This document shows positions 37,829 through 50,164 of a stretch of DNA of 64,000 bases, piece by piece. Every line of letters starts with the position of its first letter. Positions within the stretch are counted from its first letter, which is position 1. The DNA lies in assembly GCA_013239625.1 (NCBI GenBank), contig MU053379.1:922974-986973 (forward strand). Reading direction: 5' to 3'. Source of the DNA: Lama guanicoe. Lineage: Eukaryota. The position numbers and the translations under genes were made by a program. The notes beneath the pieces were generated by a model that was not told where the DNA came from, did not search any database, and saw only the letters and a list, made by a program, of their open reading frames with translations.

Positions 37829-40800
37829 CTAAATTAGAGATGCCTTCAGGGTCCTGCCAAGCCCCTCTCAATCCTTCAAACCTGTCTCCTGCACAGACCC
37901 CTGGATTCCCTCCACTGCAAGGACCGCTCCCCCTAAACCTGCATTGTCTGCCTGCTGCGAGCCAGGCCCGGCCCCATCCTCTGCAGCACCTCCAGGCCCC
38001 GTGTGGTGCTCAGTGGGTGCTGCATCCTGTCTGCGCTGGTGCACACAGCAGGTGCTGCGGATGGGGCGGGGTGGGGGGTCCCAACCGCAAAGACGCTTCT
38101 CCTTCTCCTTCATGGACCTGGAGCAGCTGTGGATGCCGCGCCCCGCGCTCCCCCCAGCTCACCTGCGCTTCGTGGATAGCAAGGGGCCGGCTGCCACCTC
38201 CAGCATTGCAGGCTTTTGCTCCGCCAGCTGAAGGTGCTCAGACACAGGGGCAGGGGACCTAAGGCCGCCAGGAGCCACCTCCACCCACGAGGGTCAGGAG
38301 CTGTTGGGCAAATCCCACAGCTTCCCCTTCCCGGTGGGATAATTCTGGGATGCATCCCGCCCGGTTCCTCAGACGCTTCCGTAGAATGGAGTCCCAGGTG
38401 CCCACGCTGGGAACCGCCCGCTAGTGCACCACCGTCACCGGCCCTCCTGTCTCCTCTCCCATCCCTCCCTGGGCTCCGGAACTGCCTGGCGAGTAACTGC
38501 CTGCACCTGGGCCTTGCTGGGGGCCTGCTCTGGTGTAGAACAGCTTTCCAGGCCCAGGGCTCACCTTCTGCTTCCTTCACGCACAACAAACATATGATGT
38601 GTCCTGTGTCTATTAGGCATCAGGTGATGGTGACCTGGGGCGAGGAGAAATGTTCTAATGACCCCTGCCTCCTCTCAGCCCCGCGCCCCACATTGTTCTC
38701 AGCGCATGGGGAGGGGAGCAGACAGAAAGCAGGACCCAGGAGAGGAGCAGGTGGGAGAAGCGGGGCGGGGAGGGCGGGGAGACGGGCCATGTGCTGGGCA
38801 CCTGGGTACCGCGTCCAAGGGACAGAACTGGCAGGGTTCCTCCTTTGAGTAAGTCCAGGGTTTGGGTACCCTCACCGGCTTCTCCAGAAAACCCTTCCAT
38901 GCCTGGCACAGGATCTGCCCTGCCCCGCATGCTGGAAAGCTGAGCCCCAGGAAGCGTGTTTCCTGGGTGTCCAGTCCTCCTCCTCCTGTTGGATCTAGCC
39001 TTCAGGAGACACTGGAAGGAGACTGGGAGGGAGCGCAGGTGTTGCCCCGGCCCCTCCACCCCTCCCTCCCTCCTCGTTTCTCACAGGTGCTCCTGGCCTT
39101 GGCTGCCCTGCACACCAGAGACTAGAAACACTCTCCCTGGGCCCTTCAGACAGAGGGTGTGATAGCTCCCCATGGCTGCTAGTGGGTCCATCAGCACCCC
39201 TTGTGGCTCCCTCCACTCTGCCCACTGGGCTGCAAGGAGCCTCTCCATTAACAAAAAGGGTTTCATGATCTGCGCTGAGTTGCTGCTGGTCTGTTGCTGC
39301 CCTGACGGAGCTGGGGGGCATGGACGGCACCTGGCCCCAGCAAAGTGGCAAATGGTCGGTATACAACTCAGATGACCTGGGTTGGATTCTCAACGCCACT
39401 GTTTACTTCCGAGTGAAAAGGTCTCTCTCATCCTTTGTTTCCACATCTGGAAGATGGGTATGATCATAGCAATGCTAACCAGCTCGGTATTCCCAAGGTG
39501 GCAAATAGCAGACCCCTCTTCAGACCTGCTCTGAGAAGAAGAGGAAATTCTCCAAGCGCACGGGGCTCCTGACACAGCGGAGGAAATTGACCCAGGTTCT
39601 CAACCCCGGATTCCTTTGTCTCCCCGTCTGCTTCTTTCCTTCCCGCCTCCTCTCTGCTACACCTCACACATGTCCAGCCGTGGTTCCCCTCCAGCTCACG
39701 AGTCTATGCTCTAAATACACACAGACATTTTTCCACAAAAATGGGCCTATGGACATGCTGGGCTGCAGCCTGCTTGTATTCGCTTTTCACCAGGAGCCTC
39801 TCCCGAGTCACTGAGCATTCTGCACTGCAGCGGCCCAGCCCCATGGACTCTGCATGAGCTACTAATATTTATTTCTTTGACTTGTCCCTTTGCCTAGGAT
39901 GTTTTTGTAGTAAATGTCTCTGGCATTTGGAGCACACGTCCCTTCCCAGAGCCCTCTCCCAGGATCCCTTCTGAGCAGGGACCGACTTCCTCTCCATCTT
40001 GATTTCTCTGGCTTCCACCTGGAGCTCATCACAGACAGTGCAGTGGCAGACACGCACCTCTCTCTATCTTGCTCTGACTTACTCAGAGCTTTCCAGAGAT
40101 GCCCCCTTTGGGGATGAAACCATCTCCAGGTTGGTCCGTGTTCCCCAGCAGCCAAGACTTTTAAAACACGGTTGACTTTTGCACAGAAGCAAAGCACAAG
40201 GCTACTCTCGTCTCCTTCTGCAAAGGCCAGCTCTGCTTTTTAAGTTCAAACAATAGCAATTCCATTGAACACTCACAACCACGTCTCTCCTGCAGCCTTC
40301 AAAAGAGGAAGAGGACGCCATGGAGCTTTTTAATATATTGTCCAAAATAAAGTTTTGAATATCGGGTCAGGCACATTCCCTGGGGACACAGAGGGCTCAC
40401 TCAAACCAGGCGATGTGAGGGGAGTTTGCTGAAGAGACTATTTGCAATGGAGCAGTAGGATTTGGGAAACCAGTGCAGGGTGATAGAGAATCCTAGGACC
40501 AGCAACATCAGGGGGCCGTCCCCTGGGACCAGCAACATCAGGTGAGAAAGCGATGACCAGAACCCAGAGACAATGACAATGTCTCTGATGGAGAGGGCCG
40601 TGGACAGGAGCTGGGGCCTTCAGGAAAAGGATGCACCCAACCTGTGGGGACCCAGCAAGGAAGGAGTTGGGGAAATAAATACCCAGACTTTACTTTCCTC
40701 CTGCCTTCCAGATATCATTCCATCGGATGGACCCAGCTGGAAACCAGATGCCATGGCCTCAGTGTCCAGCATCCTAGGATGCAGGTCAGAGCAGAGAGGG

Positions 40801-41881
40801 ACCAGGGGGGTTGGGAGGGGAGCAGGGAGGAGGGGCAATGGAAGGTACACTTTCACAGAGGCTTTGCAAATGTGCAATCCAATGAGAAATGATGAATTTA
40901 GTGACTAGAAACTAGGGAGTAATCATTTGCACAGCTAAATGATTTTTTTTTTGGCTTTGCAGACATTTTCAGCTAGTTATTTTTTAAATAACAAACTTGC
41001 CCCTGCAATTAAAATATGGTTCCATTTACAGAAAATTCAGCTTACTCAGAGCTGTTCAGGACCCCAGATGGTTAGGTTGGTAAAAGGAGGGAGCACACTT
41101 GGGGTGGCCTTGGGCTGTGCACATTTCCTGAAAATGTCCCCTCCAGCAACCTCCCTGAGCACATCCACGTGGGGAAAGGGCAGATAGCTTCCCAGAAGGA
41201 AATTAGAGGGCCAAGGAAAGAGGGAGCAGACAGCAGAATGCGATGAAGGCAGCCCGCCGTTGCACGGAGGTGCAAATTAACTTGCAAAGGTCATCCCACA
41301 TGGAAGTGGCTGAGTCCTGATCAAAATTGTCAGACTGTCCTCCTCAACAGCTCTCGTGAATTTTTCAGGCGGCCGTCCAACTAGAACTATGATCTTTGAG
41401 CATCTGATGAGCACGGTCTTCCCGAATGATGTCTTTCCTTCAGGCTCCCATCAGGAACGCCCAGGCCTACCGCTGCGCCCCTGTCTTGGGCAAGCTGGCT
41501 GCCAGTGAGCACTTCCCAAGGAAAGCCCTTAGGATGGGACTTTTCTGTGCTCTTAGGGTCCCGGGTATGAGACAGGATTGCAAGTTGTGCTTCACTGGTA
41601 ACAATTTAACATGTGACACCAACAAGGATAGAGCCCCGCATCCAGCTGGGGGCGCCGCTCCACTCAAGGCCCAAGCCGCCCACAGAGCCCTGGCCGGGCC
41701 AGCGGACCTGCGGCTGAGTCCACTGTCCCCGCGCCTGCTCCCGGGACAGCCTGTTAGCAGGTGCTCTGCCCGACACCTGATCTCGAACAGAAGTCACGGG
41801 AAAGACAGAAGCTCCTCGCCTGCACAGCTGTCCCCAGCAGCCATGCTCAGCCCTGTCCTTCAGTTCCTAACCCCTCCTCAC

Positions 41882-41930
41882 CTCGTGCTTTATAAACTTG
41901 GAAGATGGATGCAAAAAGTGCCACGCTGAA
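41882..41930 (-). pseudogene. Candidate exon, 49 nt
   Basis: Strong acceptor tttgtcctcactcag| and donor GAG|gtgagg in non-repeat sequence. Confidence 0.35.
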
Positions 41931-42479
41931 CTGAGTGAGGACAAACCACAGGAATGTCAGAAGACTGTGAGTATATAGAGAGTTCTTTTGAACAACTGAA
42001 CTTTTCAGACAAATCCCAGCCATGTTTCTCCCTTGGCACCACCTCTGAGATGGCAGACTGGGGCCAAGCACGGTGGCCTGTCACTGACCACTTAGCAACA
42101 CCTCCTGTGCCCTCTTGAAACGCCTATTGTTTCCCAACGTGGTGGCCGTGGACTGGCCGACCTGCGATGTCATATGCCCTCAATGGAGGCCTTTGTCTCC
42201 TGCCAGTGTCCCCACAGCTCTCATCTTCAAAATGTGTCACCCTCACCCAAAGCCCTGCTCAGTGGATGGTGTAACACCATCCTGGCGGGGCTCACAGGGG
42301 GCCTTCACCCCTCCCAGCACGTGCAGAAGTGCCCCTGGCAGGACCCAGGAACGGAGATCTCCCTCCGGGAGCTGGGGCCGGAACGTGGCCAACCTGAGTT
42401 GATTTCATCACACCCTCCACCCACAGCCTTTCCTGAGTATTTTCCAGCTACATCACATCCCGTCTGCTGTTCCTATGGT

Positions 42480-42970
42480 AACCAGGCTTGAGGGTGGACC
42501 CCACCTCCTAGCAATGGGCCCTCCTGTGGTCCCCACCCACATTTCATAGGGCTGACTTGATCAGCTGTGGAAATGGCAGAATGTGACAAGGTCAGAACAG
42601 AAGTCGTGGTTTCACCTTACTCTCTCTGGGATCCTTCCTCTGGGGAGAGCCAGCCACCATGTCCTGAGGACACCCAAGCAGCCCCGTGGAGAGATCGGTG
42701 GGGTGAAGACTAGAGGCCTCCTGCCAACGGCCAGCATGAACTCCTCATCCATGTGAGTGAGTCGCCTTGGAAGCTGACCTTCCAGCCCCAGTTAGCCTTC
42801 AGATGAGCGTACACCCCACTGCAACTTGACTGTAATGTGTGGGAGACACTGATCCAGGACTACTCCGCTAAACCACTCCTGGATTCCAGACCCACAGAAA
42901 CTGTCAGAAAGTGCATGACTGTTGCTGCTTTAGGCCACCACGTTGTTTCACATGATGTAGCATTAGGCAG
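42480..42970 (+). mobile_element. MaLR LTR (MLT1)
   Basis: tctgggggagagccagccaccatgtcctgaggacacccaagcagcc...ttccagccccagttagccttcagatga...ccagacccacagaaactgt. Confidence 0.8.
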
Positions 42971-43091
42971 CCTAATATTCTGGGTGATAAAGTCTGAAGA
43001 GGTCAGCCTCCAGGGGCAAGGAGCAGAGTGACAAAGGGCAGAGAATGGACATGGTCACTAATCCAGCACACGTGGTTTCCTGATCCCTTAC

Positions 43092-43176
43092 TGTCCTGCC
43101 CCTCATTGTATAAAAGGAAGAAGGTGTTAAAAAATGTAACAGAGTTATCCAATACGCTCCAACAAGCAGTGAGGAC
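43092..43176 (-). pseudogene. Candidate exon (VLTACWSVLDNSVTFFNTFFLLYNEGQD)
   Basis: ccctag|GTC...GACA|gtaagg; open and in frame with the candidate exon at 43385-43513; acceptor tract is weak. Confidence 0.35.
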
Positions 43177-43384
43177 CTAGGGAGCCCCCCTTTTATGAGC
43201 TGGACACTACCCTCCCACAAAGTGCCCCAAATTATGTTTTTCTTATAAAAAATACTATACAGCACTCTTGACTACAAGAGCCCTGAGCTCCTTTTTGCAC
43301 AGACTACTGCCCAGCAAGGGCCCCTCCGCCAGTTCTGCACTTGGGCAATGGATTTCTCTTCAAAAATCTAAACTTCTCTCTCAC

Positions 43385-43513
43385 CAGTTTCATCTTAGCT
43401 TCATGTTGAAGTTCCAGGATATCGAGATAGCTAAGCTCGGCGATCACCTTCACTCTTCCCTCCAGCATCACGTCTCCGGCACATCTGACACTGTTGTTTC
43501 TCACCATCTGCGT
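43385..43513 (-). pseudogene. Candidate coding exon, 129 nt, phase 0-0 (TQMVRNNSVRCAGDVMLEGRVKVIAELSYLDILELQHEAKMKL)
   Basis: atttcactcagctttccag| acceptor and CTG|gtgaga donor; open frame with protein-like composition; non-repeat sequence. Confidence 0.45.
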
Positions 43514-43776
43514 CTGGAAAGCTGAGTGAAATATCAACCTGGGCAGAGCTAACGCAGAGCCCTTTGGCCCTCCTCTGCAGACGCCACCACCACGCGGGGC
43601 CAGAGGTCCCCTGACTATGTAACACTTGGCAGAGAGCAGTGCAACCTGCCATAAATCTCCTGGAAGTGCTCTCACTATCAACCAGTTTGCCAGCCCGTGA
43701 TTCAAATGCTGGCTGGACCCAAGCTTATTCACTCCATTCACCAGCATTGTCTACAAAGAAAGTTAGCCCTCACTTG

Positions 43777-44253
43777 TGTATTAGTTTCCAGCTCCGCCGC
43801 CGTAACAGATTACAAATCCGGTGGCGTAAAACGGTAGAAGTGTATCCTCTCACGGTTCCGGAGGCCAGAAGTCTGCATCACGGGGCGGAAATCAGGGTGC
43901 GGGCAGGGCTGTGCTCCTTCTGGGGGAGAACCGGCTCCTGTACCTTCTAGCTCAGGTGGCTGCTGGCAGTCCTTGGCTTGTGGCTGATCCACTCCAATTT
44001 TCAAGTCCAGCATCTTCAAATCTTTCTCTGCTCTGTCTTCACTTCATTTTGTCCTCTCCATGTGCCAGGTCTCCCTCTGCCTGTCTCTTATAAGGATGCA
44101 TGTGATGGCATCAAGGGTCCACCCGGATAATCCAGAATAATCTACCTCAAGATCCTTAGCACATCTGCAAAGACCCTTTTTGCTTATAACATCAACAGGT
44201 TCCAGGGATTAGGACCTGATACCTCTTGGGGGCCGTTATTCAGCTCATCCCCA
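43777..44253 (-). mobile_element. MaLR LTR (MLT1C/D-like)
   Basis: tgtattagtttcc...ctcacggttccggaggccagaagtctg...ctcttataagga...ataatccagaataatct...acatctgcaaagaccc. Confidence 0.9.
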
Positions 44254-44267
44254 CCAGGCTTTCTCAC

Positions 44268-44409
44268 CTCATGATCATCGCACTCTTTTCTGATATCCAC
44301 AAATAAGCCATGTCACGCTCTGGTCTATAATTTTCCAAAAGTCAGCATCAAGGTTACCACGTCTTTTATTCATCCACTTGGGAACTCTGCTTCCCCAGGC
44401 CATGTCAGT
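44268..44409 (-). pseudogene. Candidate decayed exon, 142 nt, with three in-frame stops
   Basis: ccatttttacgtccag| acceptor and GAG|gtgaga donor; reads LTWPGEAEFPSG*IKDVVTLMLTFGKL*TRA*HGLFVDIRKECDDHE, in phase with 43513. Confidence 0.4.
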
Positions 44410-44571
44410 CTGGACGTAAAAATGGAGTGATAAGATACAAGAACAGTGCTTCTCCAGCCCCCTAGAAACATCGGGAATCCCTAAAATGTGTCGCTTAAGT
44501 GGGGGCAGCCTAGAGGTTGAGATCACCGTTTCTCAGCTTGGACGGCCTGGGTTTGAAATCTGGCACTATCA

Positions 44572-45275
44572 CTGTGGCCAACTGCACTTTCCAAAGATGG
44601 CCACAAAAATCCCTCCCATCCCACGTGCCCTTCTGCAGCATGGACTCGGCCCCCACACCATCAAGAGTTGGAGCCCAGCGGGGAGAGCATAGCTCAGTGG
44701 TAGAGCGTGTGCTTAGCCGGCAGAAGGTCCCGGGTGCAACCCCCAGCACCTCCATTCATAAATAAATAAATAACTTAATTAGCTCTCCCCCCCAAAAAAA
44801 ATAAAAATAAAAATAAATTATTAATTTACAAAAAGGTGGAGTCCATTTCTCCACGCTCTTCAGTCTGGGCCAGCCTGCCGTGCTTCCTCCCACAGAACGT
44901 GGTGGAAGCGATGCTGTGCCGTTTCCAGGCAAAGCCCTCAACTGGGCTGGCAGCTTCCTGTTCCCGCCTCTGGGAGTGTTTGCTCTTGGGGCGCTCCTCT
45001 CTGAGGCCAGGCACCATGCTGCGAGCAGCCCCGCACACAGAGCCTAGCTGAGCTGCCAGCCATCAACCGTCAACATGAGGAGCCACCATGGATGTCCAGC
45101 CCAGTCGAGACTTCAGATGCCTCCAGCCCCACCAACATCTGACTGCGGCCACGGGAGACCCCAGGCGAAAACCGCCCGGCGAGTCCAGCCCATGCACAGA
45201 ACAGGAGTGGTAATAAATTGTTGCCCAAGCCATCAAGTCTCGGGGTGGCTTCTCACGCCGCCGCAATGGCTATTC
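44572..45275 (+). mobile_element. MaLR LTR (MLT1) interrupted by a SINE
   Basis: tgtggcc...ttccaaagatggccacaaaaatccctccc...; cagcccagtcgagacttcagatg; aataaattgttg. Confidence 0.8.
44679..44830 (+). mobile_element. tRNA-derived SINE (camelid Vic-1-like)
   Basis: gggagagcatagctcagtggtagagcgtgtgcttagc...ctccat with A-rich tail; degenerate TSD aagagttggagccca/aaaaggtggagtcca. Confidence 0.88.
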
Positions 45276-45519
45276 AGATGAGCCACACACGTGTTAACTG
45301 CGTAGCTTGCAGCAAGTGACAGGCTTCAGTTGAGGGTCTGGCCAGAATCAGAGCCTGCAGCAGACACCTGGTACTTGTAGTTTAGCCGGATTCCAGGAAA
45401 CACAGGTAGGAGGAGGGGAGGGGAGAAAGGGAAGGGGAGGCAGCCATGGAAGGAGAGCAGTTATGAGCAGGTCACCACTGTGATCATTCCCTCTGGGGAC
45501 CCACAATTGTCTCATCAAT

Positions 45520-46120
45520 AAAACAGCGCAGCTACTGTGAAAAACAGTATAAAGCTTTCTCAGAAAAGTTACAAATAAAATGACCATATGACCCAGCAAC
45601 CCCACTTCTCCATGTACACCTAAAATGACTGAACACAGGATCTCATGGAGGTATGTGCACGCCCATGTTCATAGCGGCATTATTCACAGTAGCCCAGAGG
45701 TGGAAGCAACCCGCGGTCCATCAGTGGACGAATGGATAAAGAAGATGAGGTATACACCTACAAAGGAATATTTTCCAGCCTAAAAAATGAGGAAATTCCG
45801 TCACATGCTGCAGTATAGATGCACCTTGAGAACTTTATGCTGAATGAAATAAGCCAGTCACAGGACAAATGCTGCAGCTCCTACTCGTATGCAGCATTTA
45901 AAGTAGTCAAATTCATAGAAACAGAGAGTAGAATGGTGGTTGCCAGGACCGGGGGGAGGGGGAACGGGGAGCCGTTCCGTGGGTGCAGGGTTTCAGTTCT
46001 GCAAGATGAAAAGTTCTAGAGATCTGCTGCACAACACAGTGCGTACAGGTGACACCGTAAACGTCAAGATGGTTAAGGTGGTAAGTCTTACGTAATGTGT
46101 TTTTTTAACCGCAGTAAAAA
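45520..46120 (+). mobile_element. L1 (L1MB-like) 3' end
   Basis: catatgacccagcaacccc; tggaagcaaccc; gtcaaattcatagaaacagagagtagaatggtggttgccagg. Confidence 0.85.
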
Positions 46121-46558
46121 AGAATTGTCTCATCAAGGAGCAACCAAGTTGGGGTATTCCCCACCAAGTCCCTGGTTAAGGGTCACCCTTGGGGCATTAA
46201 GTCCCCACACCCCGAGAGCCAGAGAACGCCCCTGCAGAGTTACAGGAAGCCGTCCCCACACATGGGACTCTCAGGAGTGAGCTCTGGGTGACTGAGGGCA
46301 CGGGTTGGGGCACTGATGGGAATCTGCCACATCACCTACCTTACGGTCTCCGTTTCCTCGTCTGTGAAGTGGGAATGAGAAATACCCACCTGGACGGTCG
46401 GTTATGAAGGCTATTTTGGGGAACATAAGCTCCCTGCCTGTCCCACCCTGTGGGCCTCCTCAGCCTGAATCTAAGTGCACATAGCTTCGTCTCAACTTGG
46501 GACTCCCCCATCACCACCTACCCTGCCTCCCCCTACCCCCTTTTATTTTTACACATCA

Positions 46559-46768
46559 TGGTGGGACGATATAGCTCAGTGGTGGAGTGCATGTTCAGCA
46601 TGTGTGAGGTGCTGGGTTCAATCCCCAGTACCTCCATCAAAAGAAAAATTTTTAAATAAGCCTAATTACCCACCCCCCAAATTAAAAAAAAATAGTTATG
46701 GAATAATAAAAATAATAAATAAACCAAATTACCTCCTGCTCAAAAAATTCTTGGAAAAAAAGTTCGGC
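46559..46768 (+). mobile_element. tRNA-derived SINE (camelid Vic-1-like) with doubled tail module
   Basis: atagctcagtggtggagtgcatgttcagcatgtgtgaggtgctgggttcaatccccagtacctccat; TSD tatttttacacatca (46544-46558) / tatttttatacatca (46769-46783). Confidence 0.9.
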
Positions 46769-47524
46769 TATTTTTATACATCAGTGAAATACTCGCCCAG
46801 CCCCAAACATTTGGAATCAGTCTCTTGATTTTTACAGAGACCGAGGCAGTGGCTCTGGGTCCCAAACATACACTCTGTCCCCTCCCTGGACTTGATTCCC
46901 TCCCACCCAGCCCCCAGATGTCATCACCACTGGGGGACGTGGACACGCAGGCCACGTCTCTTGCCACCCTCCACCAGCATGACATCACCCTCTCCAGCCA
47001 AGAAGACTTAGGTCTCCTTTATCTGGCTTCATGCTCCACGCACGACTTGAAAAGCCCTTTCTGGGACCAGGAGGAAACGTGCCAAAACATTAGCATGGGA
47101 ACAGCTGGTTGCGGGGCTCAGGGAGTAGCTGTTTTCTTCTTTACGCTTTCTGGATTGTCTACGATAGGCAAAAATTCTATTTTTTATGACAGAAAAACAA
47201 GTTCGTGTTTTTTTAAGCAAGCAATTTAAAAGGCCGCGTGGTTGCCATCAGCATTTTTCATCGCCTCAGCTCATTCTGGGCGTCAGCTTTTCAAACACTA
47301 TTCTGTTTCCTCCCCGTCTGGTTTGAGTCCTCTGCCTTTGCACCTTCGCTCCTATCCTTTGAAAATTTGAGCTCATTGCACTTGTGCAAACCACACCAGC
47401 CTCCCTAGATGCGTCTTGATTTCCCTTCTCCCTGGGAATGTTTAGAATCCAAATTTGTGTTACAGCCTCCCAGAGACACTGGCCTCGTGTTCTCCTGATA
47501 CAATGCACTGAGACGAGCACAACC

Positions 47525-48050
47525 GCCCTTCCCCAATATTCTCACCAAAATGTCACGGCCTGAGTAATCGTGAGGCAACATCAGACAGACCCAGTGGAGG
47601 GACATTCTATAAGATAACTGGCTCTTACTCTTCAAAAACGTTAATGTCATGAAAGTCAAAGAAAGCCTGCTCCAGACTGGAGGAGGGACAGGAAGACCAA
47701 ATGCAACTTGTGACCCTGGAGATCATTTTGTTAAAAAGGAGGCTACTGGGACAGATGGTGGCATCTGAATCTGAGTAAGGCCTGAGATGAGGTCACAGGA
47801 TGGATGGAAGGTTCCTGGCTGGGGAGGCCACACTGCAGTTTCTATAAGAAAATGTCCTTTATAGTTTTAGGAATTATACAATTGAAGCTTCGAAAGATAA
47901 AGAGTATCCCAATTGCGACCTATTCTTGTATGATTCAGGGGGAAAAAAATGCACACACAGAGAATGTGGATAAAGAGTAAAAGCAAGTTCTCTGTTCTCT
48001 TCTTACGGTTTATCTATAAGCCTGAAATTACGTAAAAATTAAAAGTTAAA
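47525..48050 (+). mobile_element. L1MC-like 3' UTR
   Basis: aacatcagacagacccagtggagggacattctataagataactggc...ttcaaaaacgttaatgtcatgaaag. Confidence 0.75.
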
Positions 48051-49602
48051 AGGAAACAAAGTCCTGCAGACCTCGGGCACCACAGGCACGTCGGCCCTCG
48101 GGGCGGTCCCCTCCCTCCCGTCTGGGGCTCATCTCTCTCTCACCCACAATTCCCCACCGACCCTGCAGAATTTCCACTGGGGACCACCTCAGGATCCCTT
48201 TCTGTAAGAAAGACAATGAGGACCCCCGCGCCCCCCACTGGCAGGACAGCAGGAACCCGCCTCCGCTGCGGGTCCTGGGTTCTCCTCCGTCACAACAGTG
48301 GTTCCCAGCCTCGGGAGCCCTTAAAACTCCTCGCTGAGGAAACACCCTAGATTAGACTCTCTGGTGGGGGGACCCAAGCACCTGGGCTTTGAAAGCGCTC
48401 CAGGTGATTCTATTAAGTAACCAAGACTTTAAAAAATTGACCCTGCATCCCACCCAGAAAGACGTCACAGTTCACACGCCCGGGCTGCATTCCAGAACAG
48501 TCAGCCCAGAATGCCTAGGGTTAGGGCCTGAGCAACCGGCTTTTTTAAACTCCCCAGGAAATTATACCTCCGTCATGCTGATTTCTAAATACGAAAATCG
48601 AAAATAATCAAAAACAAAGCAAAAAAATTAGCAACACTTCAAACCCACGAAGTGTACTTTTACCTTGTTCTCATTTGACCAATAGAAACCAAGATGTTCA
48701 GCTGTGAAGCATCAGGTGTTAGAAGGGAGGCACCTACTGGCAACACATGGGATTACAACCTAGCGCAATCAGACCCTGGAAACGGGCCAGAGGCGGGGCT
48801 CCGACAGCGGTCGCTGGAGTACCAGGGAGTCCGCAAGTGTGGGAGAAATCCCATATCGGGAGAGGATCGGGGATGAGCATCCAGGAGGAGACACTGAGTC
48901 AGAGAACCCCTCCATCACCAGGCTGAAATCTCCAGCATCACATACCTCATGCCTAGCACAACGCCTGTCACCAAGGAGATACTTAAGTCAGTTACTTAAT
49001 GACTGACTGATTGAGTCTGAGGATTCCAGAATTGCACCACTGAGCATTTCATCCTCTTACCACTTTTTTTCCAATTGGACACATCCCTTACATTATGAAG
49101 TCAATGGAGAAGCAGTATTTACTGTTTCAGACACTTAGCTGACACAAAAGTGTTCAATAATCAAGGGAGGTTATGAAATCGTCAAGACACCAACATTTTT
49201 GAGTCTCTGCTAAAACAGGAAAAGACGTTAAAACACATTAAAGCTACAAGTGCGGTGGGCGCCCACTCACCAGAACGATTAAACCAAACCTCTGGAAATG
49301 TCAAGGGAGGGAGAGACGGGAGCAGTCAGAATCAGACACAGCGTCGGTGGGAGTGTGGATTGGTGCAAGCACTTCAGTGAATACTATTCAGGTACAAAAA
49401 ATATAATGAGGATGCTGTCTGTGCACAGACATTGAAAGGTTTTCAAGATATATTTTCAAGTGGGAAAAAAAGATGCGTAACAGTTCTTTAGTGTAAAATC
49501 ACTTGTTTTAAGTAAATAAATACATACATACATAAATGGTGTATATATGAATAGGGTATAGAATTTATTTGTTTTTATAGACCTCTCAAAAATCTTTGCA
49601 AG

Positions 49603-50164
49603 TGTCAGGGAGGAAAAACTCTCCTCCACCCTCTTATGTTTGTTATTGGGGCCTGCAGATTAAGCTGACAAGAGACAGAGTAGCAAGAGAAAAGACAGTT
49701 TATTCATTCACACACGTGGAAGTGCTCAATGATGCTTAAAAGCAGTCCTTAGAATTTGGCCTTACATACTATATGCCTAACTTAGTACGAGAGATAGAGG
49801 GGGAGGAAAAAGACTTCCATGGGAAGAACAAACAGGTTGCTTTAGGAAAGACAAATGGGTTTTTAGGAAAACAAACCAGCGATAAGAAAGTTTATGATTA
49901 TATTTGTTTATGCAGGTTTTTCCATTTTCTTCATGGCCATGAAACTCTCCCAGAGGGGATTTTTCTAAGGTTTGCTCTTGGTCTCTCTCTGGAATTAGAA
50001 ACTGTCCCAAAGAGGAACTTTCTGGTGGTCCTCAACTCTCAGAAGTTTCTGCTTTTACTCAGATAAACTCCAAGAAGACTTCTTTCTGCATCTGTTGACT
50101 CTCAAACATCTTTAGTGTAAAATAATCTTTATTCCAACCCTGGGCTTCTGAGTGGGTTCTCACA
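49603..50164 (-). mobile_element. Solo LTR, probably ERV1 class
   Basis: TG...CA termini flanked by a perfect 4-bp TSD caag (49599-49602, 50165-50168); tttattc (antisense AATAAA) near the left end. Confidence 0.75.

Noticed and set aside
39390..39575. Hydrophobic ORF (VSIAMIIPIFQMWKQ) as an exon
   Set aside because: Its core cccatcttccagatgtggaaac matches the MIR core motif
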